Assembly (NCBI RefSeq): GCF_963921235.1
Contig: NC_086104.1
Location: forward strand, 4,464,001-4,528,000
Origin: Mobula hypostoma
Taxonomy: Eukaryota
Direction of reading: 5' to 3'
Length of the DNA: 64,000 nucleotides
Position numbers and translations under genes: made by a program
Shown: one piece after another, positions 48,235-61,513 of the stretch
Layout: each line of letters starts with the position of its first letter
Position numbering within the stretch: the first letter of the stretch is position 1
The notes under the pieces: generated by a model
What the model saw: only the letters and a program-made list of their open reading frames with translations
Database searches by the model: none
What the model was told of the DNA's origin: nothing

Positions 48235-51200
48235 TTGTGTTTATGATTGCAGACCACTTTTCAACATAATTGTATAAGGGCTAAGAGAGTTGTAAAAGAG
48301 CGCCTGAAGGCTTTGTGTGTCAATGCAAGGAGCATTCGTAACAAGGTGGATGAATTGAAAGTGCGGATTGTTATTAATGATTATGATATAGTTGGGTTCA
48401 CAGAGACATGGCTCCAGGGTGACCAAGGATGGGAGCTCAACGTTCAGGGATATTCAATATTCAGGAGGGATAGACATGAAAGAAAAGGAGGTGGGGTGGC
48501 GTTGCTGGTTAAAGATGAGATTAACGCAATAGAAAGGAAGGACATAAGCCGGGAAGATGTGGAATCGATATGGGTAGAGCTGCGTAACACTAAGGGGCAG
48601 AAAACGCTGGTAGGAGTTGTGTACAGGCCACCTAACAGTAGTAGTAAGGTTGGGGATGGTATTAAACAGGAAATTAGAAATGTGTGCAATAAAGGAACAG
48701 CAGTTATAATGGGTGACTTCAATCTACATGTAGATTGGGTGAACCAAATTGGTAAAGGTGCTGAGGAAGAGGATTTCTTGGAATGTATGCGGGATGGTTT
48801 TTTGAACCAACATGTCGAGGAACCAACTAGAGAGCAGGCTATTCGAGACTGGGTTTTGAGCAATGAGGAAGGGTTAATTAGCAATCTTGTCATGAGAGGC
48901 CCCTTGGGTAAGAGTGACCATAATATGGTGGAATTCTTCATTAAGATTCAGAGTGACATAGTTAATTCAGAAACAAAGGTTCTGAACTTAAGGAGGGGTA
49001 ACTTTCAAGGTATGAGACATGAATTAGCTAAGATAGACTGGCAAATGACACTTAAAGGATTGACGGTGGATATGCAATGGCAAGCATTTAAAGATTGCAT
49101 GGATGAACTACAACAATTGTTCATCCCAGTTTGGCAAAAGAACAAATCAAGGAAGGTAGTGCACCTGTGGCTGACAAGAGAAATTAGGGATAGTATCAAT
49201 TCCAAAGAAGAAGCATACAAATTAGCCAGAAAAAGTGGCTCACCTGAGGACTGGGAGAAATTCAGAGTTCAGCCGAGGAGGACAAAGGGCTTAATTAGGA
49301 AGGGGAAAAAAAGATTATGAGAGAAAACTGGCAGGGAACATAAAAACTGACTGTGAAAGCTTTCATAGGTATGTAAAAAGGAAAAGACTGGTAAAGACAA
49401 ATGTAGGTCCCCTACAGACAGAAACAGGTGAATTGATTATGGGGAGAAAGGACATGGCAGATCAATTGAATAACTACTTTGGTTCTGTCTTCACGAAGGA
49501 GGACATAAATAATCTTCCAGAAATAGTAGGGGACAGAGGGTCCAATGAGATGGAGGAACTGAGCAAAATACATGTTAGTAGGGAAGTGGTGTTAGGTAAA
49601 TTGAAGGGATTAAAGGCAGATAAATCCTCAGGGCCAGATGGTCTGCATCCCAGAGTGCTTAAGGAAGTAGCCCAAGAAATAGTGGATGCATTAGTGATAA
49701 TTTTTCAAAACTCGTCAGATTCTGGACTAGTTCCTGAGGATTGGAGGGTGGCTAATGTAACCCCACTTTTTAAAAAAGGAGGGAGAGAGAAACCGGGGAA
49801 TTATAGACCGGTTAGCCTAACGTCGGTGGTGGGGAAACTGCTGGAGTCAGTTATCAAAGATGTGATAACAGCACATTTGGAAAGCGGTGAAATCATCGGT
49901 CAAAGTCAGCATGGATTTGTGAAAGGAAAATCATGTCTGACGAATCTCATAGAATTTTTTGAGGATGTAACTAGTAGAGTGGATAGGGGAGAACCAGTGG
50001 ATGTGGTATATTTGGATTTTCAAAAGGCTTTTGACAAGGTCCCACACAGGAGATTAGTGTGCAAACTTAAAGCACACGGTATTGGGGGTAAGGTATTGAT
50101 GTGGATAGAGAATTGGTTGGCAGACAGGAAGCAAAGAGTGGGAATAAATGGGACCTTTTCAGAATGGCAGGCAGTGACTCGTGGGGTACCGCAAGGCTCA
50201 GTGCTGGGACCCCAGATGTTTACAATATATATTAATGACTTGGATGAGGGAATTAAATGCAGCATCTCCAAGTTTGCGGATGACACGAAGCTGGGCGGCA
50301 GTGTTAGCTGTGAGGAGGATGCTAAGAGGATGCAGGGTGACTTGGATAGGTTGGGTAAGTGGGCAAATTCATGGCAGATGCAATTTAATGTGGATAAATG
50401 TGAGGTTATTCACTTTGGTGGCAAAAATAGGAAAACAGATTATTATCTGAATGGTGGCCGATTAGGAAAAGGGGAGGTGCAACGAGACCTGGGTGTCATT
50501 ATACACCAGTCATTGAAAGTGGGCATGCAGGTACAGCAGGCGGTGAAAAAGGCAAATGGTATGCTGGCATTTATAGCGAGAGGATTCGAGTACAGGGGCA
50601 GGGAGGTACTACTGCAGTTGTACAGGGCCTTGGTGACACCACACCTGGAGTATTATGTGCAGTTTTGGTCCCCTAATCTGAGGAAAGACATCCTTGCCAT
50701 AGAGGGAGTACAAAGAAGGTTCACCAGATTGAAGGGTCTCGGCCTGAAACGTCGACTGCGCCTCTTCCTATAGATGCTGCTTGGCCTGCTGCGTTCACCA
50801 GCAACTTTGATGTGTGTTGCTTGAATTTCCAGCATCTGCAGAATTCCTGTTGTTCACCAGATTGATTCCTGGGATGGCAGGACTTTCATATGAAGAAAGA
50901 CTGGATGAACTAGGCTTGTACTCGTTGGAATTTAGAAGATTGAGGGGGGATCTGATTGAAAGGTATAAAATCCTAAAGGGATTGGACAGGCTAGAAGCAG
51001 GAAGATTGTTCCTGATGTTGGGGAAGTCCAGAACGAGGGGTCACAGTTTGAGGATTAAGGGGAAGCCTTTTAGGACTGAGATTAGGAAAAGCTTCTTCAC
51101 ACAGAGAGTGGTGAATCTGTGGAATTCTCTGCCACAGGAAACAGTTGAGGCCAGTTCATCGGCTATATTTAAGAGGGAGTTAGATATGGCCCTTGCGGCT

Positions 51201-51337
51201 ACGGGGATCAGGGGGTATGGAGGGAAGGCTGGTGCAGGTTTCTGAGTTGGATGATCAGCCATGATCATAATAAATGGCAGTGCAGGCTCAAAGGGCCGAA
51301 TGGCCTACTCCTGCACCTATTTTCTATGTTTCTATGT
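48235..51337 (+). mobile_element. Young CR1 (tttctatg-tail subfamily) with nearly complete ORF2 (EN+RT)
   Basis: EN 48247-49320 (ETWL, GDFN, SDH), RT with FADD; only a +1 in an A7 run (49306-49312) and a 119-bp insertion at 50733-50851 break the frame; tail ends at 51337. Confidence 0.93.
50733..50851 (+). mobile_element. 119-bp Penelope-type terminal fragment inserted in CR1
   Basis: 14-bp TSD gttcaccagattga at 50719-50732 and 50852-50865; same 3' end as the psi-VJ-C insertion. Confidence 0.85.
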
Positions 51338-51619
51338 AGAGAATGTATATGCACAAGGAGTCATGCAGCAGCTGTGTGAAGTTCTGCTTGGGGGACATTT
51401 CCTGTGCAGTTCTGGTTACCCCGTTACAGGAAGGTTGTGGAGACTTTGGAGAGGATGCAGAAGAGGTTCACCAGGATGTGGCCTGGATTGCAGACCTTTA
51501 GTTAGAAGGGGAGTTTGGACAAACTTGGTTTGTTTTCTCCAGAAAATCGGCAGCTGAGCTGCGACCCTAAAGTCAGATAAAACATAGAAGTAATCGATAG
51601 GGAAACACAAGGAAATCTG

Positions 51620-51900
51620 CAGACCAAAAACACGAGTAAGTCTGCAGATGCTGGAAATTTAGAGTAACATACAAAATGCTGAAGGAACTCAGCAGGTCTG
51701 GCAGCATCTATGGAAATGATTAAACAGTTGATGTTTCGGGCGGACACCCTTCATCAGGACTGCAAGGAAGGAGGAAGATGCCAGAATAAAAATGTTGGGG
51801 GAGGGAAAGGAAAATGTAAAATGTGAGAGGTGAAGCCAGGTGGGTGTGAAAGATAAAGGTCTGGTGAACAAAGAATCTGATATGAGAGGAGAGTGGACCA
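51620..51900 (+). mobile_element. Penelope-type terminal repeat fragment
   Basis: gcagatgctggaaat..ggaactcagcagg; minus-strand CTGATGA..GAAAC at about 51713-51750 with a degenerate cleavage site. Confidence 0.65.
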
Positions 51901-52873
51901 TAGAGTGTAATTCAGAAGACTGAGCGGTGACTTCATTGAACCCTGTTGGATATTGAAAAGCCTCAAAAGAGTAGATGTGGAGAGGATGTTTCGTATAGTG
52001 GGAGAGTCTAAGATCAGAATAGAGTTGGAATGGAGGCGTGGAGGAATTTCTTTAGTCAGAGAAAGGTGAATCTGTGGAATTCGTTGCCACTAGCTGTCAT
52101 AGGGCTGTGGCTGGGAATGGACCCAAGTGCAAGACACAGACACTGAAGTACTAGGGACAGGACTAGGATACAGGGCGATGGTAAGGACATGGACAGGAAA
52201 ACCGGGAACCTGGAACAGGACTGGACAAAAGAGCCAGGAGCCCGGGCTTGGACTCTGAGCCGGAGACTGGACAAGGACCCAGTTCCTGGGTCTTGCCTCT
52301 GGCTCGGACCCCAGAACTAGGCAATGATGAGGCTTGGCTGGCAGGCAGGACGAGGCTGGAGTCTTAGAGACTTGAGGCGAGGCAGGAAATCAGATGGCAG
52401 AGGGGAAGAAGCAGTTCCTCAATCACTGAGTGTGTGCGTTCAGGCTCCTGTACCCATCCTTGATGGTAGCAATGAGAAGAGGGCTTGTCTTAGGAGACGA
52501 GGGACCTTCATGATGGATTCCACCTTGTTGTGACATCGCTCACTGAAGATATCCTGGATGCCACAGAGGCTAGTGCCCAGCATCCAGGACAAAGCTTTGC
52601 TCTGCATATCTTCCAGAGAGATCTTTCCAAACACGAGCACATCAAGAAAATGCAACAACTGATTGCAGAAAGTAGCATCAAAGTTACAGAGAAAGTTCAA
52701 GTTTCAAAGTTCAAATTGAGGTTTATTATCAGCGTGCATAGACGTCAGCACATACAACCCTGAGATTCTTCTTCTGTGGACATACTTAGCAAATCTATAG
52801 AACATTTACTGTACCACACATCAAAGTTGCCGGTGAACGCAGCAGGCCAGGCAGCATCTCTAGGAAGAGGTAC

Positions 52874-52909
52874 AGTCGACGTTTCAGGCCGAGACCCTTC
52901 GTCAGGACT
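52874..52909 (-). ncRNA. Minimal type I hammerhead ribozyme motif, core intact
   Basis: AGUC-CUGACGA-AGGGUCUCGGCCU-GAAAC-GUC^GACU: stem I AGUC/GACU, stem II AGG/CCU, palindromic ACGU in place of stem III. Confidence 0.75.
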
Positions 52910-53129
52910 AACTGAAGGAAGAGTGAGTAAGGGATTTGAAAGTGGGAGGGGGAGATCCAAAATGATAGGAGAAGACAGGAGCGGGAGGGATAGAGCCAAG
53001 ACAAAATGATAGGAGAAGACAGGCATTTACTGTAAACAGGATCAACGGATAGCAAACAGTGCAGATGCAAATATAAACAAATAGCAATAAATAATGAGGA
53101 TGAAATAACAAATAAAGAGTCCTTAAATG

Positions 53130-53702
53130 TGTCACTCTTGCTTCGGCTAGCGGCTTAATATAGCGGGTGATAGCCCCCGGTCTGGCTAAACTTAAGAAAT
53201 CTCATTTGGGTGGATGCTGCACGATGTGTACCCTGTTAGTAATCAATACCCCGAAATTACAAACAATACACAATATACGGTTAAATGATTAAGCTTTATA
53301 ATTCTTACTTTGACTATTTGGTTAGTAAAGAAACAAAAAAAGAAAAAAGGAAAAAAAGGGCCTTATCTTATTAAACAGTCTGTTGCACAATGTTGGAGCT
53401 CACAGATATGGCCATTCGTCCACCATCGACCCCCTCCGATCATCGCAGCCCTTCGGACCCTCGCTCCAAGTCCACCCCCTCCGGTGTTCTACCAACTCTC
53501 CCCATTCACGTCTTCTCTCCTCATCTCGCCCCAGCAAAAGACCACAAAAATCTCTCTTCCAGCTCACAAGAAAGAACAACAGCATTCCTAACCCCGTTAT
53601 CTCTAGTCATAACCCAAACATTGCTACTAGAGAGAAACTATTCCATTATCAGTGAAACCTTACAGCATGTTACACAGCAGTCATACCCTACAGCATGTTA
53701 CA
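53130..53702. mobile_element. Solo LTR with perfect 4-bp TSD
   Basis: TGTCAC...TGTTACA termini; AATG at 53126-53129 and 53703-53706. Confidence 0.85.
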
Positions 53703-54111
53703 AATGTTTGTGGTTATCCCCTGAGGAAGTAGAGATGCTGGTGTGCTTTCTTCACAATTATATTTATATGATGGGTCCAGACAGGTCCTTTGAGATAGTG
53801 ACACCCAGGGGTTTAAATTTACTGACACACACCACCTCTGATCCTCCACTGACTACTGGCTTATGGACCTGTAGCTTCCCTGGCCTGAAGTCTACAATCA
53901 GTTCCTTGGTGTTATTGACATTGAGTGAGAAGTGCAGGGTAGGTAGACATTAATGTGACATTATAGTGAGAGATCAAGGGTTCAACTTTATTACACAAGA
54001 AGTCCATTCAAGAATTTTATCATAGAATAGAAATTGTGCTGCATATTTTTATCCCTAATATCTTTTTTCCCATTGGAATTGGGGAGAACATAAGTACATC
54101 CAGGGTATGAA

Positions 54112-54582
54112 TGTCATGGTCCCGATCATTAATCTCCTATCTTGCTCCTAATCTCCTTTGATTATGCCTTGACTCTGATAGTTAATTTCCCATTTACTGC
54201 TAATTCACTTTGATGACAGCACACCTGGTCTCCAACACGAACTGCAGTATAAGAACCCCGGCGTCACAACCACTAGTCGCCAGTTTGTTGTTTTTTTTCC
54301 CTGTGAGATAACTATGTTCCTCGACTGCTTAGAACCATTTGTTCGAAGTCTAGCTCTTGTTTCAAGGTTTACCCGTGGGATTTAGTTTCTCTGAGTCAAG
54401 GCTCCGCATCAAGACTTTGTGTCAAGGCTCTAAGTCAAGGCTCTGTGTCAAGGTTCCATATCAGAGCTCTGTGTCAAGATTCCTCCTGTTTGCTGTTCCG
54501 CGTTTACACCCGTGTAAGCATCTGGACTCAATCTCCATGCCAGTGTCCTGCACTTGAGTTCACTTCCTACGCTCTTGTAACA
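54112..54582. mobile_element. Probable solo LTR with internal gtcaaggctc-type short repeats
   Basis: TGTCATGG...GTAACA termini and about 13-nt periodic repeats at 54395-54485; no TSD match. Confidence 0.5.
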
Positions 54583-54599
54583 AGGAGGGGTTTTTGATT

Positions 54600-57190
54600 A
54601 TAGAACATAGAACGTAGATAGTACAGCACATTACAGGCCCTTCGGCCCACAATGTTGTGCCCACCCTCAAACCCTGCCTCCCATATAACGCCCCACCTTA
54701 AATTCCTCCATGTACGTGTCCAGCAGTCTCTTAAACTTCACGATGCATCTGCCTCCACCACTGACTCAGGCAGTACATTCCATGCACCAACCACTCTCTG
54801 ATTAAAAAACTTTTCTCTAATATCCCCCTTGAACTTCCCACCCCTTACCTTAAAGCCATGTCCTCTTGTATTGAGCAGTGGTGGCCTGGGGAAGAGACAG
54901 ACAATCCTCTACACTATCTATAACACCACCAAACTTTGTGTCTTCTGCAAACTTGCCAACCCACCTTTCTACCCCCACATCCAGGTCGAAATCACAAGAA
55001 GTAGAGGTCCCAGAACAGATCCTTGTGGGACACCACTAGTCACAATCCTCTAATCTGAATTTACTCCCTCCACCACAACCCTCTGCCTTCTGCAGGCAAG
55101 CCAATTCTGAATCTACCTGGCCAAACTTCCCTGGATCCCACACCTTCTGACTTTCTGAATAAGCCTACCGTGTGGAACCTTGTCAAATGCCTTACTAAAT
55201 TCCATATAGATCACATCCACTGCACTACCCTCATCTATATGCCTGGTCACCTCCTCAAAGAACTCTATCAGGCTCGTTAGACACGATCTGCCCTTCACAA
55301 AACCACGCTGACTGTCCCTGATCAGACCATGATTCTCTAAATGCCCAAAGATCCTATCTCTAAGAATCTTTTCCAACAGCTTTCCCACCACAGACGTAAG
55401 GCTCACTGGTCTATATATAATTACCCGGACTATCCCTGCTAACTTTTTTGAACAAGGGGACAACATTCGCCTCCCTCCAATCCTGCGGTACCATTCCCGT
55501 GGACAACGAGGACATAAAGATCCTAGCCAGAGGCTCAGCAATCTCTTCCCTTGCCCCATGGAGCAGCCTGAGGAATATTCCATCAGGCCCTGGGGACTTA
55601 GCCATCCTAATGTATTTTAACAATTCCAACACCTCCTCTCCCTTGATATCAACATGCTCCAGAACATCAACCTCACTCATATTGTCCTCACCATTATCAA
55701 GTTCCCTCTCATCAGTGAATACCGAAGAGAAGTATTCATTCAGGACCTCGCTCACTTCCACAGCCTCCAGCTACATCTTCCCACCTTTATCTCTAATCAG
55801 TCCTGCCTTCACTCCTATCATCCTTTTTTTCTTCACATAATTGAAGAATGCCTTGGGGTTTTCCTTTCCCCTACTCGCCAAGGCCTTCTCATGCCCCCTT
55901 CTTGCTCTTCTCAGCCCCTTCTTAAGCTCCTTTCTTGCTTCCCTATATTCCTCAATAGACCCATCTGATCCTTGCTTCCTAAACCTCATGTATGGTGCCT
56001 TCTTCCTCCTGACTAGATTTTCCACCTCACTTGTCACTCATGGTTCCTTCACCCTACCATTCTTTATCTTCCTCACCAGGACAAATTCATCCCTAACATT
56101 CTGCAAGAGATCTCTAAACATCGACCACATGTCCATAGTACATTTCCCTTCAAAAACATCATCCCAATTCACACCTGCATTCTCGCCTTAGAGTCTCATA
56201 ATTTGCCTTTCCCCAATTAAAAATTTTCCTGTCCTCTCTGATTCTATCCTTTTCCATGATAATGCTAAAGGCCAGGGATCGGTGGTCACTGTCCCCCAGA
56301 TGCTCACCCACTGAGAGATCTGTGACCTGACCCGGTTCATTAGTACTAGATCTAGTATGGCCTTCCCCCTAGTTGGCCTGTCCACATACTGTGACAGGAA
56401 TCCATCCTGGCCACACATAGCAAACTCTGCTCCATCTAAACCCCTGGAATTAATCAGGTGCCAATCAATATTAGGGAAGTTAAAGTCACCCATGATAACA
56501 ACCCTGTTATTTTTGCACCTTTCCAAAATCTGCCTCCCAATCAGCTCCTCTGTATCTCTGCTACCAGGGGGCCTATAGAATACCCCCAACAGAGTAACTG
56601 CTCCCTTCCTGTTCCTGACTTCCACCCATATTGACTCAAAAGAGGATCCTGCTACATTACCCACCCTTTCTGTAGCTGTAATAGTATCCCTGACCAGTAA
56701 TGCCACCCCTCCTCCCCTTTCCCCACCTCTCTATCCCTTTTAAAGCACTGAAATCCAGGAATATTGAGAATCCATTCCTGCCCTGGTGCCAGCCAAGTCT
56801 CTGTAATGGCCACTACATCATAATTCCATGTATGTATCCAAGCTCTCAGTTCATAACTTTTGTTCCTGATTCTTCTTGCATTGAGGTACACACACTTCAG
56901 CCCTTCTGCCTTACTAACTTTACACCGATTATTCTGCTTCTCTTTCCTCAAAGCATCTCTATATGTTAGATCTGGCTTTACTCCATGCACTTCTTTCACT
57001 GCTCCATCGCTCTGGGTCCCATCCCCCTTGCAAATTATTTTAAACCCTCCCGAACCATGCTAGAAAACCTACCTGCAAGGATATTGCTCCCCCTCAAGTT
57101 CAGGTGCAACCCATCCAATCTGTACAGGTCCCACCTTCCCCAGAAAAGATCCCAATGATCCAAAAATCTAAAACCCTGCTCCCTGCACCA
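54600..57190 (-). mobile_element. CR1 (ctatgtt-tail subfamily), ORF1 end through 3' tail, with internal deletions
   Basis: EN 56188-56999, linker/RT 55113-56037, tail at about 54600-54625; very similar to 1620-3806. Confidence 0.9.
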
Positions 57191-57194
57191 ACTT

Positions 57195-57420
57195 CTCAGC
57201 CATTATGTTGTCTGCTTTCCCAAGGCATTGAGAATTGTATGGAGGGAGGGTGGATCTTGCTATGGACTGCAATTTTAATGCAGTCTTGGGCAGAGCAGTT
57301 GCCATATGAATCTGTGATGCATCGAGATGGACTGCTCTCTGTATAAAAGTTAGTGATGGTCTTTGGGAATATGCCAGATTTCCTTAGCCTTCCTGAGGAA
57401 GAAGACATGATGGTGTACCT
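57195..57420 (-). mobile_element. Rex1/Babar RT fragment
   Basis: RLRKSGIFPKTITNFYTES..CITDSYGNCSAQD. Confidence 0.65.
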
Positions 57421-57779
57421 TGTTCAACATAACATCGACATGGTTGGTTCAGGCAGGCCTCTCGGAACTTGGAGCCAACCACCATCTTCACCTCGGCATC
57501 ATTGATTCATGTGGGGACGTGCACTCCTCCTGCTTCCTCGATCACCAGCTCTTTTGTTTTACTGACACTGAGTAAAGTTTCAGTGTTCAGTATATTTTTA
57601 AATTTTCCAGGTTGGCTTCAGACCAAGATATTATGTCAAAGGAATACATTAATATGCATATAATGAAAGTATTTATTGCCTATGTTATATTTTTACTGTT
57701 GAGCTCTGTTCGGCAGATTTTCTTAAACCTTGAAGTTAATTTTGTCGAAATTTTTTTCCTTTAACAGAGTTTGCTCTTT

Positions 57780-58400
57780 AGTTACATAAAGAGAGCTTTC
57801 AGCACATTGTCTTTCATAAATCAGAGTATAGGGTACAATAGTTGGGATATTATGTTGAAATTTTGCTAAGAGATTGTGGAGGCTGAATTTGGAGAATTGG
57901 GTGCAGTGCCTACCTACTCTGGTTACCTACCTGCAGGAAAGATATCAATAAGATTGTAAGGCTGCAGGGAAAATTTATAAGGATACTTGAGGATCTGAGT
58001 TATAGTGAAAGATCATTTCAGACACTTTTTCACTGGAGTGTAGGAGAATGAGGGGAGATTGGATAGAGGTATACAGACTTATGAGGGGTTTAGCTAGGGT
58101 GAATGCATACAGGCCTTTTCACTTCAGGTTGACTGTGTCTGGAACTCGAGGTCACAGATTCAGAGTGAAAGGTGAAATATTCAAGGGGAACTTGAGGGGG
58201 AAGTTTTTCACTCAGAGGGTGGTGACTGTGTGGAAGTGGTGGATATGGGTTCAATTGTAATATTTAAGGGAAGTTTGAATATGTACATGGATGACAGGGT
58301 TATGGAGGGATATGGTCCAGGTGCAGGTAAATGGGACTAGGTAGAAGATTAGTTTGGCATAGACTAGATGGGCAGAACAGCCTGTTTCTCTGCTATAGTC
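57780..58400 (+). mobile_element. Old CR1 3' fragment
   Basis: MRGDWIEVYR..KFFTQRVVTVW. Confidence 0.75.
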
Positions 58401-59241
58401 TCTGTGATTCTATGACCCTTGAACATGAAATGCATGAAGAAGATTTGGTTATTTGACTTTATTAGATATATTGATATTTTCCTTCACCCATTTCTATCTT
58501 CCATAGTTTGGCTACTTGATTCAGCATTGTAACTTGCACTGCCAATGCTCCCTCCTTACTCAGTAGTATCTGCAAACCTGCGTGTGTATCTTCAGGTTTT
58601 CTGTGTGAACCATGAACCCGGTTTCTCTCTGCTCTGTTGCTCTCTGACCTGCTGAATACTTGGAGCGTTTTGGCTTTCTTTCACGTTTGCAGCAGCTGCA
58701 GTATTTTACTTTTATATGCAACTCCTCATTCCTGCATTTGGTGTCTAACATACATGTGAGAAGTTGAGGCCCCTGAGGTTTACCTCCTGACACACATTTC
58801 TGATATCAAACCCCCTCTCTCTCTCTTGTTTCTTTACCCACCTTTCAAATTTACCTCAGGTTTTGTATGCTCACATCTGTGGAACCTGGTGAAATCTTTC
58901 CAAAGTTCAAAGTTCAAAGTAAAATTTATTACGCGAGTGCAAACATATCACCACATACAACCCTAAGATTCTTTTCCCTGTATATACTCAGCAAATCTAT
59001 AGAAAAGTAACTGTGAACAGGATCAATGAAAGAGCAAGGGTACAGAAGACAATAATGTGTGCAAATGCAAATATAAATAAATAGCAATAAATACCAAGGT
59101 AAAGAGTCATGAAAGTGAGATCATTGGTTGTGAGATCACTGGAAATAGAATGAGTGTAGTAATCCTGAGTGTTCAAGAGCCTGATGGTAGAGGAATAAGA
59201 GCTGTTCTGGACCCTGTTGGTGTGAGTTCTGAGACACTTGT

Positions 59242-61222
59242 ACCTTCTGCCAGAAAAAGTGGCTCACCTGAGGACTGGGAGGAATTCAGAGTTCAGCAGA
59301 GGAGGACAAAGGGCTTAATTAGGAAGGGGAAAAAAGATTATGAGAGAAAACTGGCGGGGAACATAAAAACTGACTGTAAAAGCTTCTATAGACATGTGAA
59401 AAGAAAAAGATTGGTTAAGACAAAAGTAGGTCCCCTACAGACAAAAACAGGTGAATTGATTATGGGGAGCAAGGACATGGCAGACCAATTGAATAATTAC
59501 TTTGGTTCTGTCTTCACTAAGGAGGACATAAATAATCTTCCAGAAATAGTAGGGGACAGAGGGTCCAGTGAGATGGAGGAACTGAGCGAAATACATGTTA
59601 GTAGGGAAGTGGTGTTAGGTAAATTGAAGGGATTAAAGGCAGATAAATCCCCAGGGCCAGATGGTCTGCATCCCAGAGTGCTTAAGGAAGTAGCCCAAGA
59701 AATAGTGGATGCATTCGTGATAATTTTTCAAAACTCTTTAGATTCTGGACTAGTTCCTGAGATTTGGAGGGTGGCTAATGTAACCCCACTTTTTAAAAAA
59801 GCAGGGAGAGAGAAACCGGGGAATTATAGACCAGTTAGCCTAACGTCGGTGGTGGGGAAACTGCTGGAGTCAGTTATCAAGGATGTGATAACAGCACATT
59901 TGGAAAGCAGTGAAATGATCGGACAAAGTCAGCATGGATTTGTGAAAGGAAAATCATGTCTGACGAATCTCATAGAATTTTTTGAGGATGTAACTAGTAG
60001 AGTGGATAGGGGAGAACCAGTGGATGTGGTATATTTGGATTTTCAAAAAGCTTTTGACAAGGTCCCACACAGGAGATTAGTGTGCAAACTTAAAGCACAC
60101 GGTATTGGGGGTAAGGTATTGATGTGGATAGAGAATTGGTTGGCAGACAGGAAGCAAAGAGTGGGAATAAACGGGACCTTTTCAGAATGGCAGGCGGTGA
60201 CTCGTGGGGTACTGCAAGGCTTAGTGCTGGGACCCAGTTGTTTACAATATATATTAATGACTTGGATGAGGGAATTAAATGCAGCATCTCCAAGTTTGCG
60301 GATGACACGAAGCTGGGTGGCAGTGTTAGCAGTGAGGAGGATGCTAAGAGGATGCAGGGTGACTTGGATAGGTTAGGTGAGTGGGCAAACTCATGGTAGA
60401 TGCAATTTAATGTGGATAAATGTGAAGTTATCCACTTTGGTGGCAAAAATAGGAAAACAGATTATTATCTGAATGGTGGCCGATTAGGAAAAGGGGAGGT
60501 GCAACGAGACCTGGGTGTCATTATACACCAGTCATTGAAAGTGGGCATGCAGGTACAGCAGGCGGTGAAAAAGGCGAATGGTATGCTGGCATTTATAGCG
60601 AGAGGATTCGAGTACAGGAGCAGGGAGGTACTACTGCAGTTGTACAAGGCCTTGGTGAGACCACACCTGGAGTATTGTGTGCAGTTTTGGTCCCCTAATC
60701 TGAGGAAAGACATCCTTGCCATAGAGGGAGTACAAAGAAGGTTCACCAGATTGATTCCTGGGATGGCAGGACTTTCATATGATGAATGACTGGACTAACT
60801 AGGCTTATACTCGTTGGAATTTAGAAAATTGAGGGGGGATCTGATTGAAACGTATAAAATCCTAAAGGGATTGGACAGGCTAGATGCAGGAAGATTGTTC
60901 CCGATGTTGGGGAGGTCCAGAACCAGGGGTCACAGTTTGAGGATAAAGGGGAAGCCTTTTAGGACCGAGATTAGGAAAAACTTCTTCACACAGAGAGTGG
61001 TGAATCTGTGGAATTCTCTGCCACAGGAAACAGTTGAGGCCAGTTCATTGGCTATATTTAAGCGGGAGTAAGATATGGCCCTTGTGGCTAGAGGGATCAG
61101 GGGGTATGGAGGGAAGGCTGGTACAGGGTTCTGAGTTGGATGATCAGCCATGATCATACTGAATGGCGGTGCAGGCTCGAAGGGCCGAATGGCCTACTCC
61201 TGCACCTATTTTCTATGTTTCT
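59242..61222 (+). mobile_element. CR1 (tttctatg-tail subfamily), 5'-truncated, inside a Rex1-type tail (58910-61380)
   Basis: RT motifs with a frameshift at about 60233 and stops at 60397 and 60787; host reads gtaccttctgcc|tgatggcagc. Confidence 0.9.
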
Positions 61223-61473
61223 ACCTGATGGCAGCAGCGTGAAAAGAGCATGGCCTGGGTGGTGAGTATCTTTGATGGATGCTGCTTTTCTACGCCAACA
61301 TTTCATGTAGATGTTCTCAATGGTTGGTAGGGTTTTACACCTGTTGTACTGGGTCATATCCACTACCTTCTGTAGGATCGTAAACATAAAATACTCTGCA
61401 GATGCTGGAGTCAAAGCAACACTCACAACACGCTGGAGCAACTCAGCAGGTCGGGCAGCATCCGTGGAAATGA

Positions 61474-61513
61474 TCAGTCAACGTTTCAGGCCTGAACCCT
61501 TCATCAGGACTGA
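61474..61513 (-). ncRNA. Minimal type I hammerhead ribozyme motif, core intact, within a Penelope-type end (61380-61720)
   Basis: UCAGUC-CUGAUGA-AGGGUUCAGGCCU-GAAAC-GUU^GACUGA: 6-bp stem I, GUU triplet. Confidence 0.72.

Larger units (their letters stand above)
52690..53940 (-). mobile_element. Rex1/Babar 3' region interrupted by a Penelope-type end (52815-53020) and a solo LTR
   Basis: Minus LSLNVNNTKELIVDFR..LGVTISKDL at 53703-53940; tail at 52690-52810. Confidence 0.7.

Noticed and set aside
53390-53953. 187-aa plus-strand ORF
   Set aside because: Spans a solo LTR and the antisense of a Rex1 fragment; low complexity, no domain.
57590-57680. Strong plus-strand acceptor (ttttccag|G) in unique AT-rich sequence
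   Set aside because: No convincing donor and no recognisable product; left unassigned.
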